Source: the human T2T-CHM13v2.0 reference genome, Homo sapiens. From it: 64,000 bases of DNA. Shown piece after piece: positions 1 to 13,602 of the stretch. Below the pieces are notes generated by a model. The model was not told where the DNA came from, did not search any database, and saw only the letters and a list, made by a program, of their open reading frames with translations. Both the position numbers and the translations under genes were made by a program. Each line of letters begins with the position of its first letter. Position 1 is the stretch's first letter. The stretch is taken from the NCBI RefSeq assembly GCF_009914755.1, contig NC_060942.1; one strand, given 5' to 3'.

Positions 1-13
1 CTTTTTCTCTTCT

Positions 14-373
14 TATTTATTTTATTTTATTTTATTTTATTTTATTTTATTTTATTTATTTTATTTTATTTTATTTTATTTTTATTTTTTGAGACGGAGT
101 CTTGCTCTGTCGCCCAGGCTGGAGTACAGTAGCGCGATCTCGGCTCACTGCAAGCTCCGCCTCCTGGGTTCACGCCATTCTCCTGCCTCAGCCTCTCGAG
201 TAGCTGTGACTATAGGTGCCCGCCACCATGCCCGGCTAATTTGTTTTTATTTTTTTTAGTAGAGATGGCGTTTCACCATGTTGGCCAGGATGGTCTAGAT
301 TTCCTGACCTCTTGATCCCCCACCTCAGCCTCCCAAAATGCTGGGATTACAGGCGTAAGCCACTGCGCCTGCC
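14..373 (-). mobile_element. Alu (AluY/AluSc-like), near full length, with (TTTTA)n-expanded tail
   Basis: Antisense Alu from gagacggagtcttgctctgtcgcccaggctgg (91) to cactgcgcctgcc (373); AluY-type caagctccgcctcc...ttcacgccattc; tail 14-90. Confidence 0.95.
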
Positions 374-443
374 TGCCTTTCTTTCTTTTTCTTTCTTTCT
401 TTTTCTTTCTTTTTCTTTCTTTTTCTTTCTTTTTCTTTCTTTT

Positions 444-495
<52 letters not shown>

Positions 496-575
496 TTCTT
501 TCTTTTTCTTTCTTTTTCTTTCCTTTCTTTCTTTCTCTTTTCTTTTCTTTCTTCCTTTTTCTTTTTTTATTTTTC
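374..575. repeat. (TTTC/TTTTC)n pyrimidine microsatellite
   Basis: About 200 bp of almost pure C/T; source of the low-complexity ORFs 312-730. Confidence 0.95.
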
Positions 576-1200
576 TTACAGAAATTGGCAAGCTGACCTA
601 AATTTATGTGGAAATAAAAAGAATCTAGAATGGCCAAAACAATTTTGAAAAAAAAATTGGATAACTGATAATTTACAATTTTAAAATACATTATAAAACT
701 ACAGTAACCAACACAATGTGTTATAGGCATAAACTAGGCGCACAGATTAACAAAACAGAATCAAGAGTTCAGAAATAAACATGTATTATGGTAAATTGAT
801 TTCTGATAGTGTCAAAGTAATTCCAAGAGAAAACTATAATTTTTCACAACATATGCAATATATGAACATGTTATGCTAATATGAACATATTGTGCTAAAT
901 GAAAGAATCTGGCTACAAAATAACATATATTGTATGCATCAATTTGTATGAAATGTCCAGAATAGGCAAATCCATATGGACAAGAAATAAATTATCAGTA
1001 GTCTAAACCTAGAAGTGGAAAAGAGGTCTGACTTCAAGAATGGAGTAAGAGATATTTTTAATCTGATGGCAACTTTCTAAAACTAAGTGGTCGTGATGTT
1101 TGCATAATTTGGTAAGCTTATTAAAAATCATTGAATTGTACACATAATATGAGCAAATTTCATTATAGGTAAGACTTACACAAAGCTGTTTTTCGAAAAA
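576..1200 (+). mobile_element. Old L1M fragments (late ORF2 joined to a 3' UTR)
   Basis: cagaaattggcaagctgacctaaattt...gccaaaacaattttgaaaa resembles L1 ORF2; gaaatgtccagaataggcaaatccata...aatcattgaattgtacac resembles an L1MB/MC/ME 3' UTR. Confidence 0.8.
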
Positions 1201-1304
1201 ACATTGGCTACCATTTATTAGCCACCTCTTTGTTTCATGAAAAAGCCTATGTGCTTCAACATTTTTAAATTTAATTTTCAAATCTTCAGAAATGTTTTGT
1301 TTTT

Positions 1305-1370
1305 TTTTCAGATGGGGAAACTGAAACTCATAAGGTTAAATAGCATGCTCTAGCTTTCTAGGCTAGCAAA
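1305..1370 (-). mobile_element. MIR fragment
   Basis: cagatggggaaactgaaactcataaggttaaatag is the reverse of the MIR core. Confidence 0.65.
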
Positions 1371-2149
1371 GCCTAACAAACTAATAATGCTTTCTAAGGC
1401 TATAGTATAGTGGGTAAACAAGGCAAATATTTATTGAAATGTATTAAGTAGATGATGATTTAGGGGATGATAATTTCATTACTCTGTATATTTCCTTTAA
1501 ATATGTAATTTTTCTACTACATTGACAGAATTTGATTATCATTATATATATTAACATATATACTGAACCTTGGACATACAAATATTTTCTGAAGGCCTGA
1601 ATCAGAGGATTGGTGTATAGATATTGAGAATGGCCCATTTCTTGTATTCAATTATAAGCACTTCTAAATTTCTGAAAAGCATTTAAATTTCTTTTTTGTT
1701 TGTTTGTTCCATAACTTGACTTATTACTATCTTTTAATAACATTGAGGTACTCCTGAGTAAATTTTGGTTGTTGGTCTTAAACTAGTTTAAACTAGAGGA
1801 TGAATTGATCATCCAGGGTAGTTCCGTTTAATCACAGAGCAGCTTAACAATTGAAAAAATATATAGAAAACCTGAAGATGCACACACACAAACACACACA
1901 CACATAACTTAGTCCTTTCCTACATCTGTATTGATTTCTTCTATAGGCCTCGTTTCATAATGTGCCCTGGAAATTAAAGTATCTGTTTAGTTCCAATAAG
2001 ACTTAAGAATCTATTTGTATTCTTAGGTGGTAATTTATGTAATATTAATGGATACTTTTGAAAAGTAGCTAATTAACAGCTGACTTTAATTTTCTCTTTT
2101 AAAAAAAAGACACTGAGCATAATAAAAAAATAGAAAATGAAGGTATGAC

Positions 2150-2220
2150 AAAGGAAGGAGGAAGGAAGGAAGGAAGGAACGGCAAGGGAAGAAGGGAGGG
2201 AGGGAGGAAGGAAGGAAAAC
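2150..2220. repeat. GGAA/GGGA purine microsatellite
   Basis: Five consecutive GGAA at 2160-2179 plus degenerate flanks. Confidence 0.85.
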
Positions 2221-3189
2221 AAAAAACAAAAATCACAAACTCTTTTCTCCTCTCTTAATAGTGGTGTTGATTTAATTAGCAGAAAGACAGCCTCCATCAT
2301 GAACATTTGGTGAACTGTGTGGTACATAGTGTATGTGATTACCTTATGCCCATAAAAACAGCTAAATAATTTAAATGCAATTCAATGAAAATGTATTTTC
2401 AGTGGGAAGTTCAGGAGTTGGGTGATAGATTAAAAACTTCCTGAAACACAAGTATTTTATAAAATACTGCCATAAATATTCAGAATAAATTATATTTTGT
2501 TTCCCTCTTACGTAGCTAGATTTCTTCATTTTTTGCTGTTTTCCAAACAGCACTGAATAAATATATACTGAATTATTTTGATGCTTCGGGAATGAAAATG
2601 TAAGAATTCAGCATTATCATTACAGTTAAAACACACAAAGTTGCCTTTGCTGTGTGACCACCTTTCAAAGGTCTGATTCTACCTCGTACCAGTCCCTACC
2701 CACATGGGACAACCTTTTACTCACCTACAAAAGATTAATGGCTTTGTTTTCCTCTAGCCCACAATCAGACTTTTCAGCCCCTTCTAGAACTGATTTTTCA
2801 TTTTATGCAAAGTATGTTGGTGGGCTTACATCATTCCCTAGTGGAAAGGGATTTGTGTCTGAAACAAGTACTGAAACCATCTTCACTAATTGGCCCCTCT
2901 GATGGCCGGCAAAGCAAAGAGACCAAGAGCTAAATGGGCCATAAAAATTTAGCTACAACCTCATCTAGAAGCTATCCCTTTAGGTCAGGTTAGCCGGTCT
3001 GATGATGTGGGGAAACATACTCCCTCTGCTCTAACAGAGTCTGTTTTGTGAGTAAATAAAGCACTGCTACTTATCTTAAGTAACGCCTAATAATACACCC
3101 ACCTAATTTATTATACTATATTTTATCATCTTGTACCTTAAATTAATTCAAAATACATAATCTATTTAGATTAGCTTTAAACAAAATGG

Positions 3190-3275
3190 GGTCCCTGGAT
3201 CACCTACATCAGTTTCACCTTGAATGGCTGTTTAACATAAAGATTTCTGGACCCCACCTCAGAATCAGATTTTGT
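3190..3275. mobile_element. MER5-family hAT DNA transposon fragment
   Basis: ccctggatcacctacatcag...gatttctggaccccacctcagaatcaga. Confidence 0.55.
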
Positions 3276-3336
3276 AAAGCTTCAAAAACTTGATGGAGAT
3301 TTAAACCGGATGGGATCTTCAAAACTTTTCTCTTTA

Positions 3337-3482
3337 GGCTATGCACCATCACTCGCGACTGTAATGCCAACACTTTGAGAGGCTAAATGCAGGAGGATTG
3401 CTTGAGGCCAGGAGTTAAGAGAAGCTTGGACAACATCGGGAGACCCTGTCTCTGCAAAAAATAAATAAAATAAAAAATAAAA
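3337..3482 (+). mobile_element. FLAM/AluJ left monomer
   Basis: tgtaatgccaacactttgagaggct...ggattgcttgaggccaggagtt...agaccctgtctct followed by an A-rich tail; a single monomer. Confidence 0.85.
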
Positions 3483-3747
3483 CTCTTTTCTATAGAGAGT
3501 AGCATCATCGTGTGCTCTTTAAGCACCTAAATTGTATAACCAAATGCCACCAACCAAAAGTTTGGAATTGAAAATCTATATCACAAGGAGTTGTCCCTGG
3601 AATATCTCAATGGTTTACTCCTTTGATTTTGGTCTCAATCAAAGAGATTCTCGAAGGGAATTCTATGATTGTTTTAACTTTGCTAATGGCCCATAACACC
3701 AGATTATTGATTTGAGAATGCTTTAGTTTCTTGAAAAGTATCACTTA

Positions 3748-3860
3748 GGTCCAAAAGATGTGGATTCTAGTCTTGGGTTTGCTACATATAATCCCTGAGG
3801 CCGTGCACACCAAAGTTACTATTCTGTGCCTCCCTCTCCTTATCTGTTAAGTTTAACTTT
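3748..3860 (+). mobile_element. MIR fragment
   Basis: tggattctagtcttggg...tctgtgcctccctctccttatctgttaa. Confidence 0.5.
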
Positions 3861-4013
3861 GATAATCCTTGCCTAACTTATACACAAGCAGAAAATTCGA
3901 TTAGTTACTACCTCTTATTCTCATGGGAATGATATTTCCCACTGTTTCTAAAAAGATGTAACATAAGAATGCTATAAAATAGTTATGTCACAGTCTATAC
4001 AAATATAAGATAA

Positions 4014-4339
<326 letters not shown>

Positions 4340-7300
4340 AGTTTTAAAGAAACTGCTGGATTTATTAGTATTATTATTACCCGTTATTTTAAATTCTTTC
4401 TTGACTCTTTTCCTTAGAAGCGGAGGAGCTGCTGGTCTCTGGAGATACTCACTTGTTAGTTTGAGGAAACAAAGTTCTGATAACTAGAAATTCCGGGTGG
4501 AAGAGAAGAAATTGAACTACCACAATATAATCACGTCTGCCTTCAAACAAAACATTTGTCCAGGGAAAAGGATACAAATATCTTCTTTACCTTAAAAAAT
4601 TTTAATTAGCCCATACAATACTACCATTTAGAAAAATTGCAAAATAGTCACAATGTGTGAATACTAGACCACAGGAAAATTCAGCAAGGAGAAAAATAAT
4701 AATAGTAGGTTAAGGCATTTGGTTATAGAAAACAAACCCTTTTCACATGTCTCAAACAATTATTTAAAATAATTGGACTAAATTTCTAGTGACATTTAAA
4801 TTGTGAAGTCTTTCAGGACAATTAATATATTCTGTGTCCTGTAGAATAAAAAAAGAACATTTGACATTGGTTAGGAATTAAGCCTGAAAATAATTATCTC
4901 ACTATAGTTTAACCATAATAGTTTTATTCATCTCTTTTTTAAGGAATTTCCCAGATATGTTATGTGGATTTTAAAAAATCGATTCAAATGTGTTATAGTC
5001 TCTTTCTGTTTTTAACAACTTTAAATTTAAGTTCAATGGAAGAGGGATTAATACAATTAGATGGTTATTCAGTCATGCTGAAAGACCAATACCCTCCATC
5101 CAAGTGAATTCCCCTTAAGCCAAATCAGAACATCTCATAAGTAATCAGGGATATTCAAATGATTTTATGAGAATGGCTCATGACAGATCTACCTATCCAC
5201 TTTGGGGTGCCTTTGGTGTAAAATTCATGATCCTTAACACAAATCTTTTTCTGAAAATGGTAAACACACTGCTCAATCAGGCCATGAATTGGCATCTCCA
5301 CACATAAACAACACCTAATAATTTAATGTATGAAAATGAATTGAATTCTTTAAACTCAGATGTGGGAACACAGAGCCATTCACACTTCCAAGAGTATTTG
5401 TTTTGGGGTTTATGGAAGGAAAGGAGAGTAGCCCTTTTCTTCCTTGAAAGGGTCAAGAAGATTTTTTTTTTTTTATTCGCTCACAGAAACAGAGAGGATA
5501 GGTTAGTAAAATGTTTCTGAATAAAAAGGAAAAGACATTGGTGGAAACAGTCACTCACTACTAACCTTTTAATCAGGGACCCAAATGCTCAAAGTTATAC
5601 TGACTAAAAGGAACATCAACCGCTGTGTAAAATCCATCAAATTTGAACTCATTTTTATGCTTCCAAGTTTGTGTCAACTTTTTATATGTTAACTAAATTA
5701 AAATAGTGTTTAAAAACAAAAACAAATAATAAAAATATTAATGGGGACATTCAATGTAGAAAAGTATAATAGGATCTCTTTAGAGTAAATGTGATATTTC
5801 TCCTTTTTAATCTCTTTACTAAAGGACAAATACTCATTTTCTTAACTTTTTATTCACTTCATTAGAGTAATCTTAAAAATAAGAATTACAGAACTCAACA
5901 TGTTCATTTAATGCATTAAACCCAAATAAGTAGATCATCATTGGAGACAAAACAGGCAGCAAATGGGTTTGTAATGTGGTTAGAGTAGGCTGATTTTTTT
6001 ATGAGGCAATGAGCTTGGCTTCAGCTGCCCACATTTTCAATGGGTTTCTTAAGCACAAAGGTGGCTGTCAGGATTGGACAGCCATAAGCAATTTGTTACT
6101 AAGCCAAAAGAGGAATTTGGCTACTGAGTTCTGCCATTATTGCTATTGCAGTTGATCTTACAAGTACATGCCAAAATGGCCACCCTCTCTGGATACTGCT
6201 GACAAAAAAACAAAAAAAACGAAAAACAAAACAAAAAAAAAACTGTAGAACTGTAGCTCACCAATCCTTGTTACCTTGCTAAATCTCTTTCTATATATTG
6301 TGTCAGGTTTCTAGCTTAAGAAAAAGCAGTGTTATTTTGGAAATGGATAAAACATGAGCTCACGAGGCAGTATATACAGCTATCAATGTAGTAGCTTTAC
6401 TATTATAAAGCTCTGGAGGGAAGAACTAATTTAGACTAACTATAACTATAATCTACTCTGGACAGTTTTTAATTGCCAACTCCAGTGGGAAAGTGACAAC
6501 ATCAAAACAAAAACAAACGAACAAAAAACTCCCAAAAAACAAAAGAACACCACCAATCTGAAATGGACGTAAGTTTGGGTATTAGTAAGAAAATTTCTAC
6601 CTAGAAACTGATGAGTGTATGATGGTGCTGACATCTGCAGTCATTAGAATATGGATTAGCTCTCCTGCTCTCTTTCTGTCAGCCTGAGTGATCACAGAGA
6701 TGTTTGCTTCTCAGTTAAGTAAACAAGCTAATTACCATACTAAGAGTCTGATTCTCTAAAAGGACAATTGAAAAATCCATTCCAGAATTAGAGAGAGAGA
6801 TTTGTAATGCAATATCGTTTTCAGTCCTTTCAGGATTTGGGAGTAGCGTGTTACATTCTTTCTTGACAGATATATACTCTGCACTCCCATCCACACCTCC
6901 CAGGACTCCATGTGTTTCCAACTACGCTACTATAAAGAAATGAACAATACGATAACAGATTCCTTGCTCTCCACCACTTTCTTCTTGCTTTATACAATTC
7001 TCTTTCAAGAAAGTTTACTCCAATAGTCAATCACTTGCCAGTTATTCTTTGGTTTCTCTTCACACAGTTAGGGGCAAACTTTACTAATTGTGCATGGAAA
7101 CAAGAAATTGCAGTCATGCTCTTGAAAAAAAATTCCATCAAATATTTTAAAGAAATATGTACAAATCATTCTGTTGATCTTAATTGATTAATGACAAAAG
7201 CAAATAAAAAGCAGGCACAGTGTAGTCTATTAAAAAGAGCAGATATGTCACAGAACAATAAGTGTGCACCACTCACAATTTTCACTCACTTTCCACAAAG

Positions 7301-8168
7301 GGAAAATGCTTGCAACATCCTCAGGAGATTATGCAACCATCTTTTACTAAATCAATGAAAGGCAACATTGTAGCCTAATTCTCCTGCGTATTTTACCTCT
7401 GGTTGAACCAAATTGAGTCCCATTTAGCTACCTGTTATGCTGCTGTTCATAAATTGCTGTTCCTTCTCCACCTCCTCAATTTTCTCCTGTGTGTTCAGTT
7501 AATTGCTTGGGAATGCCGTTATTAAAATCCAAATTAGAGCTTGCCCACTAAGCCAACACCCTCCCAATTCTCAAAACACCAGGGCTAACTGTTGCCATCC
7601 TTGAATTTTGCTTCAGAGATCCATTTCCAGGTTAGCTCCAAAGCAATTCTGACACTGAAATAACTGGGGATGGAGATGAGGCGGTGTCAGAGATCAAAAC
7701 AAGTGTCATTTGGCCCAAAATAACTTTGGATTCTCTTCATGAAACAATTATTTAATTGACTAAAATAGATTGACCAACTGATTTTAGATGTCTCCTGAGG
7801 TTTGCACTGTTTGTCTTAGTCTGTGGAAGTTGTTAAAGAAGACAATTTGTGTCTGATGGACTAAAATCTAACAGGACAGGAACCATCACATATTGAAAAT
7901 GTAAACCATTAAAGAAGACAACAAGTACTTTCCATACATTAGGCTGTACCAGTCTATGTTTGATTGCTTTAACAAAATAAGCTGTGGCAGGAACTTGATT
8001 GGATTAAAACCTCTGGTAAACAACCAGCTAAATCTGAGACCTTGGACATAACACTTCCTCATCACCAAATTCTGGGAAATGAACTGAATTAGCTTTAAGA
8101 TATCTATTTTCAATTCCTTTATTATTTTAATTGTGCAAGTTCAGAAAATCAATGTATGTCAGACCAGG

Positions 8169-8787
8169 TGTTGAGGCGGAGAGAACACTTAAGTTTGGTC
8201 CATCTGAGACAGAGTGGAAACAAGAGAGACTGGTATCCACCTACATTAATATACTTTTCTATGCATATCGGCTAACAAACAGACCTTGCACCACTTTCCC
8301 CACTGGTGCCAAACCTGCTAAGACCTTGCAAGCTATTTGAAAAAGTTAAGATAGCAACATTCTGGTATAAATCTTACGCAAAGCAGTTGACTCTACCACT
8401 CTTATGCGCACAAGACCAGGAAAGGGCCAACTGTAACCATTGCCTTATTACAATACTTAAGGCTCCACCCAAGAAGAAGCTTATCCACTATTTTCTGATC
8501 ATGCAATAGGTGTGTTAACATGATTTCTTATTGTGCCTGCACATCCAGCACTCCCACCACACATGTAATGATGCTCACTTACCTCAGGCATTATTCCTGT
8601 CACCCTCTTCAAAACACTGCAATGCACTCTTCTTGGGGAGGCAGCCAGACAACACTTACTGCTTTACTGTCTCTCTTGTGCCTAACCTTTTCAATCATAA
8701 GTCTTACTAAAGCCTTTTCTGGGAAACTTGCTTGGTCTCATGTCAATTTCTATTGCAAAGGAGCCTAAGAACCTGTGATTAGTAACA
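8169..8787 (+). mobile_element. Solo LTR, ERVL-type (MER54/MER73/MER74-like)
   Basis: TG...CA termini; 3' end aaagccttttctgggaaacttgcttggtctcatgtcaatttctattgc...aagaacctgtgattagtaaca; subfamily uncertain, no clear TSD. Confidence 0.7.
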
Positions 8788-9264
8788 TGTCTGCATAGAA
8801 CTCTACAAGTCAAATTTGAAGTGCTAACCTTCCTAGGTATATCTGATATAGCTGGGGTACAAATATACTACCACTTAGATAGTATAGAATTCCTCTTTTA
8901 ACAACTTTCTTCTTATGAATATTTTCACAACATTGTTTCAGATCTGTTCAGATCATTAAATCAGTCATAGGTACCGTTTAGCTGTCTCTCAAGTATATCC
9001 TGGATACCCTAGTCTAAGTTGCCCAGAATACGGTATGGTAAATTAGTTTTTACATCTCTGAAGTTCTGTTTGCAACATTGCTATCATATCACATTATGTG
9101 GACATTCCAGGGAGAGAGTTCAAAAGAACTTCTAGGAGAGATTTCATGTTACTTGGGAGGTAGTGATTGTCCTAAAATGGGACTGAATTTTAGAATTAGC
9201 ACTAATCCTAATTATGTATGCAATTTTATCCAAAAGAAACCAACATAAAATATTGAAGAGAGTA

Positions 9265-9426
9265 AGGGATTGAATTCGAACCTCCCACCCTCTTGCTGTA
9301 ACTAACTAGCTGATTGACATTAGGTAAAATCTTCTTTCTACTGGCCTTAGGGCACTTTTTTAAAAAGAACAAGAATCTGGACAAAAAGGCAACTGATTCA
9401 CTTATTCACTTTTAGATTCTGATTCC
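9265..9426 (+). mobile_element. MIR/MIR3 relic
   Basis: actaactagctgattgacattaggtaaaatcttc...ggccttag. Confidence 0.45.
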
Positions 9427-10556
9427 AATCGAACTTCATTATCCCATTAGTTGACCATCTTGATTTCTCACCTATCCAATGGTGAATTACTTGTTGTTCT
9501 TTTTAAACAAGGTTTTAATGAGGGCCTCTTGTGAAAGTGCTTTGAACAAAATCGAGTGTTTGAACAGATAAATGGTACATTAATAAACATACGTCACCAA
9601 GAGGGTTTCTGAACAGAAATTAACGAACCAAAAGTCAACATTATATAATTTTCATCTTGTTGCAACTTTCATGGCAAACACATTTTATTCTTTATTTTCT
9701 CTGACTTTTCTTCGTATAATTCTGACTTTATAATTAAAATCCCAACTATTGTATGGGGAATAAATTGTTTTTTAAAGTAGTTTTTTGTTGTTGTTTTGTA
9801 TTGTTTTCAGTGACAGCATTATGCCTCTCTGGGGCTATATACACTGGTTCTAGCACAAATATAGCCTAGCTAAGGCCATTCTGAAGTATCTTTGATGATA
9901 ATGAATGCTTATAGCCACTGTGAAGGTCCAGGTGGTACCTCACAAACAAACTACACTCTGGTATACACCATCTTTGAACTTCACAATTCCCTGTGCCCAA
10001 CAGGTGATTTTAAAATAAAGGGTTAAATGAATAATTTTTGCAAAACTGTATTTTGCTTTTGGAGAATTGTGGAAATAATCCAAATCAAGAAGTAGCTCTG
10101 GTTTATCTTTGAATCATAGAAATTTAAACCTAGAAGGGAATTTCATGAAATTTGTATTATTAACCTATTTCTAAGATAAGGACATTGAGACTTAAACAAA
10201 TAAATGTCACCAGGTTTATCTTTTGCTTGTCTTCTTTCCAAACCATACACATGTACAACATGATATTTCTTAGAAAGTTTATGGCAACCCTCCTTGTTCC
10301 CATAAACTGAAATGAACAAATCCCAATATGAAATTGACTAAAGTTGGTACCAGAGTCTTTTTTTAAAATGTACTTTTCACTTTTTCTTGTTCCTCTGCTT
10401 TGGGCCCCTATTGAGTTCCTCGTGCACATTCATAAGACAATGTTATTTTATAAACATGCCAGGCAATGAATCTGTCAACTACTTCTACCCTTTTGTTGTT
10501 TTTTTAAAGACGTTTTGTTAATCCAGAAAAAGGAATTGCCCACAACAAATGTTGAA

Positions 10557-10738
10557 CTATGGTCCTCAATATGATTGTATATTAGAATCATCTGGGTAGC
10601 AGTTAAACTCTCAATGCTTAGTCTACACCCCAGACCAATTAAACGCAGGAGGAGTGAGGGTACTCAGGCAAACCAAACTTTAGAAAGCATCACAGATTAT
10701 TGTAAAGTGCAAACAAAATTGAGAGTCACTGCATTAGA
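10557..10738. mobile_element. MER5A-like DNA transposon
   Basis: tggtcctcaa...attagaatcatctggg...caccccagaccaattaaa...ttgagagtcactgc. Confidence 0.75.
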
Positions 10739-11803
10739 GTCCAGTGTATTATAAAAAAGGGGGGCAATTCTTCCAGCTCTTGACTAACAACACAGACAGT
10801 TTTGTGTGCCCTGAACCCTACACATGCTAATAAATACAACTTTCACTCATGAAACAATTTAAGCTAATAGATTGGGATTAGGCTGCACATTCTTCTACCT
10901 ATAGAATCTATAAATATTTTAATGGAAATTCTTTTCAAAATGATAAAGCAAGTTTTAACAAAATAACAAAAAAGTTATTTTGACCCAAGTCTGGAAACTA
11001 ATGCTGATTAAACACAGGGGATTTGATTCCACTCAAACAAGATAGCTCTCAAGTCTGCCTTCAAATCCCATATTCTTTCCTGCTAATTTACCTCCCATGA
11101 GTATAACTGTGGGCCATTTTGACTCCCAAAGACACCCCTCAGAATTTTAATTGATCCATTTGTAACCTAAATATCATCTGGGAACAGAGTTTGCTCTTGT
11201 TTATCAATATGCACAAGCCAAATGGTACATTTTTGTTTGTTTTTCGTTCAGACCCTGCTGCTTCAGCATATGTTTCATAAGGAAATGGTGCCCACATAGT
11301 CACATAGGTAAACAGAAATCCTTGGGTATCAGCTGCACATGAAACCATCCACTTTAAGGCATTCCTTTCTTGGACCATGAATCCCAAACAATGAACAGGT
11401 TTGGGTTTATCAGCATGTAGCCTTGCCAAAGGGCCTGCAAGAATAACCAAATGGACACCAGCAGACGATTTAGGAACACCTGCCTGATGCTTCTGTTCTT
11501 GGTTGCTTGCCCAAGTCAACCATGTTAAAGGGGAGAGTGTGAGCTACAATTAGACCTCAAGATTTGACATGGTTGTTGAATTGTAATGGAAAGCCATATG
11601 CCTACCAATTTAAAGAGAAAATCATGTTGTGTTGAAATATATAGTGGCACTTTTGTCTTAATTTCTACAGAACTAGTAAACCAAATTTACCCTCACATGC
11701 TCTATTTCTTTGAGGATCATGAATGGCTTTTACGATCTGCTCCTTAAATAAGATACCTGCATCTCTGTTAAAGCAAAAATCCATAATATATTCCTTAAAA
11801 TAG

Positions 11804-12140
<337 letters not shown>

Positions 12141-12184
12141 GCTACTTATACTAAATTATACTTGAAATCTTATGTTTGAAGAAT

Positions 12185-12725
12185 TGTCTGAGGCATTTGA
12201 ACCAAGGCAATTCCATCTTGAGTGAGGGCTAGGAAAATTGAAGCTGGGACTTACTGGGCTGCATTCCCAGAAAGTCAGCATTCCTAGCCTCTAGGTGTTT
12301 ATGGTTAAGGGAACAGATTGATAACACTTACTAAACAGACCCAGACTTAAGAGGAGTGTCCTGATATCCCAATATCTTGAGAACAGAAGCATTCTTAATT
12401 TTGCTTTAAAGATAATATAGATCCTTGCAAAACATAGTGAATAAGAAAATTAAGCCAATATCACAAACCCTTGTAGCAGAGCACATCTCCCCATGATTTT
12501 TTTTTAATCCCATTTATAAACAAGTATTGTACCTAGGGTGGACGAATTCCTAGTCTTACTTTTGGGAACGCCCTATTCTGTCTACAGAATAGCTGTTCTT
12601 TTACTACTTTACTTTCTTAATAAACTTGTTTTTGCTTTTCACTGTAGACTCTTCCTGAATTATTTCTTGTGTGAGATCCAAGAACCCTCTCTTGGGGTCT
12701 GGATCAGGACCTCTTTCCAGTAACA
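12185..12725 (+). mobile_element. MER41 solo LTR (ERV1), probably MER41C
   Basis: tgtctgaggcatttgaacca...ccatcttgagtgagggctagg start; aataaa; end ccaagaaccctctcttggggtctggatcaggacc...gtaaca; perfect 4-bp TSD GAAT (12181-12184, 12726-12729). Confidence 0.92.
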
Positions 12726-12994
12726 GAATGACCCATGGGGCAGTTGAGCTAAAGTATAATGGAAATTAGAAACTCCAAACAGGCACTCTGTCAAGTTGTT
12801 ATAGAAACAATTTTCTGCTGCACCTAGGTCTGTTGCTTAACTCCTATTCTTGTGTCCAATGAAAGGGCTGTTCCCATGGGAGAATTAAAACCTAATTTAT
12901 AATTGCTTTCTTATTCCTGAAAAGATAGATTTCCCAGCTCTCTTTCAATCACTATTTCCCAAACAAATTTAATTGTGAACAAATGCTTAGTGAT

Positions 12995-13337
12995 CTATCT
13001 GTGGAAAAGACACCACTTGCCCAATATTTTGTTTGTTTCCCTGAATTTCCCAGGCTGTCTCACCATCGGGTAGAGGCCATGTGACTACTTCTGGCCAATG
13101 GGCATGAGGGATGCTTCTGACCAAGGCAGTCAAGAACGAGTGTTTGAGCTTCATTTATTTCTTCTCCTGCTATAGAAATCTTAGAAGACACATGCTCTGA
13201 ATGGCATTGCTATAAGGAGGAGAACTGCCTTACCAACATCAGGCTGTGATGTAAGGGAAAAGTAAATCTTACTGTGTTACTAGAGTTCTAATTTTTGTGT
13301 ATTTTGGTAAATAATGTGAATTATCTTGACTAGTACA
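12995..13337 (+). mobile_element. MLT1 (I/J-like) MaLR LTR
   Basis: ggccatgtgactacttctggccaatggg...tatcttgactagtaca. Confidence 0.7.
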
Positions 13338-13547
13338 ACTTCACTGTCCCAAGAAGGAAGATCAGCTATACAGTTTACTGCTCTCAAAATGTTACTGGCA
13401 TTTTCTTACTCTTCTATATAATGAAACATAGCCTCATACCAGGATGTGTCTTTTCACTGGTTTTTAGTATACAAGGCAGGGAGCAAATTTAATATTTGCA
13501 AAAGGCCTAGTGAATTCCAGAGGGTATCACTGGGTTCCAAAAAGAAT

Positions 13548-13602
13548 GTCAGACACATAATAGATGCTCAATAGATGTCTGATGGGATGATGGATGGATG
13601 GA
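13548..13602 (+). mobile_element. L2 3' end
   Basis: cacataatagatgctcaatagatgtctgatgggatgatggatgg. Confidence 0.55.

Noticed and set aside
312-730. Lys/Glu/Arg-rich and Phe/Ser/Leu-rich ORFs (also 28467-28841)
   Set aside because: Translations of (TTTC)n/(GAAA)n microsatellites and Alu ends; not genes
2160-2179. GGAA repeat as an EWSR1-FLI1 enhancer
   Set aside because: Only 5 consecutive units; short for strong activity
11139-11519. 126-aa minus-strand ORF in unique sequence
   Set aside because: Starts at a non-ATG codon, no recognisable domain or exon structure; length is compatible with chance in 64 kb
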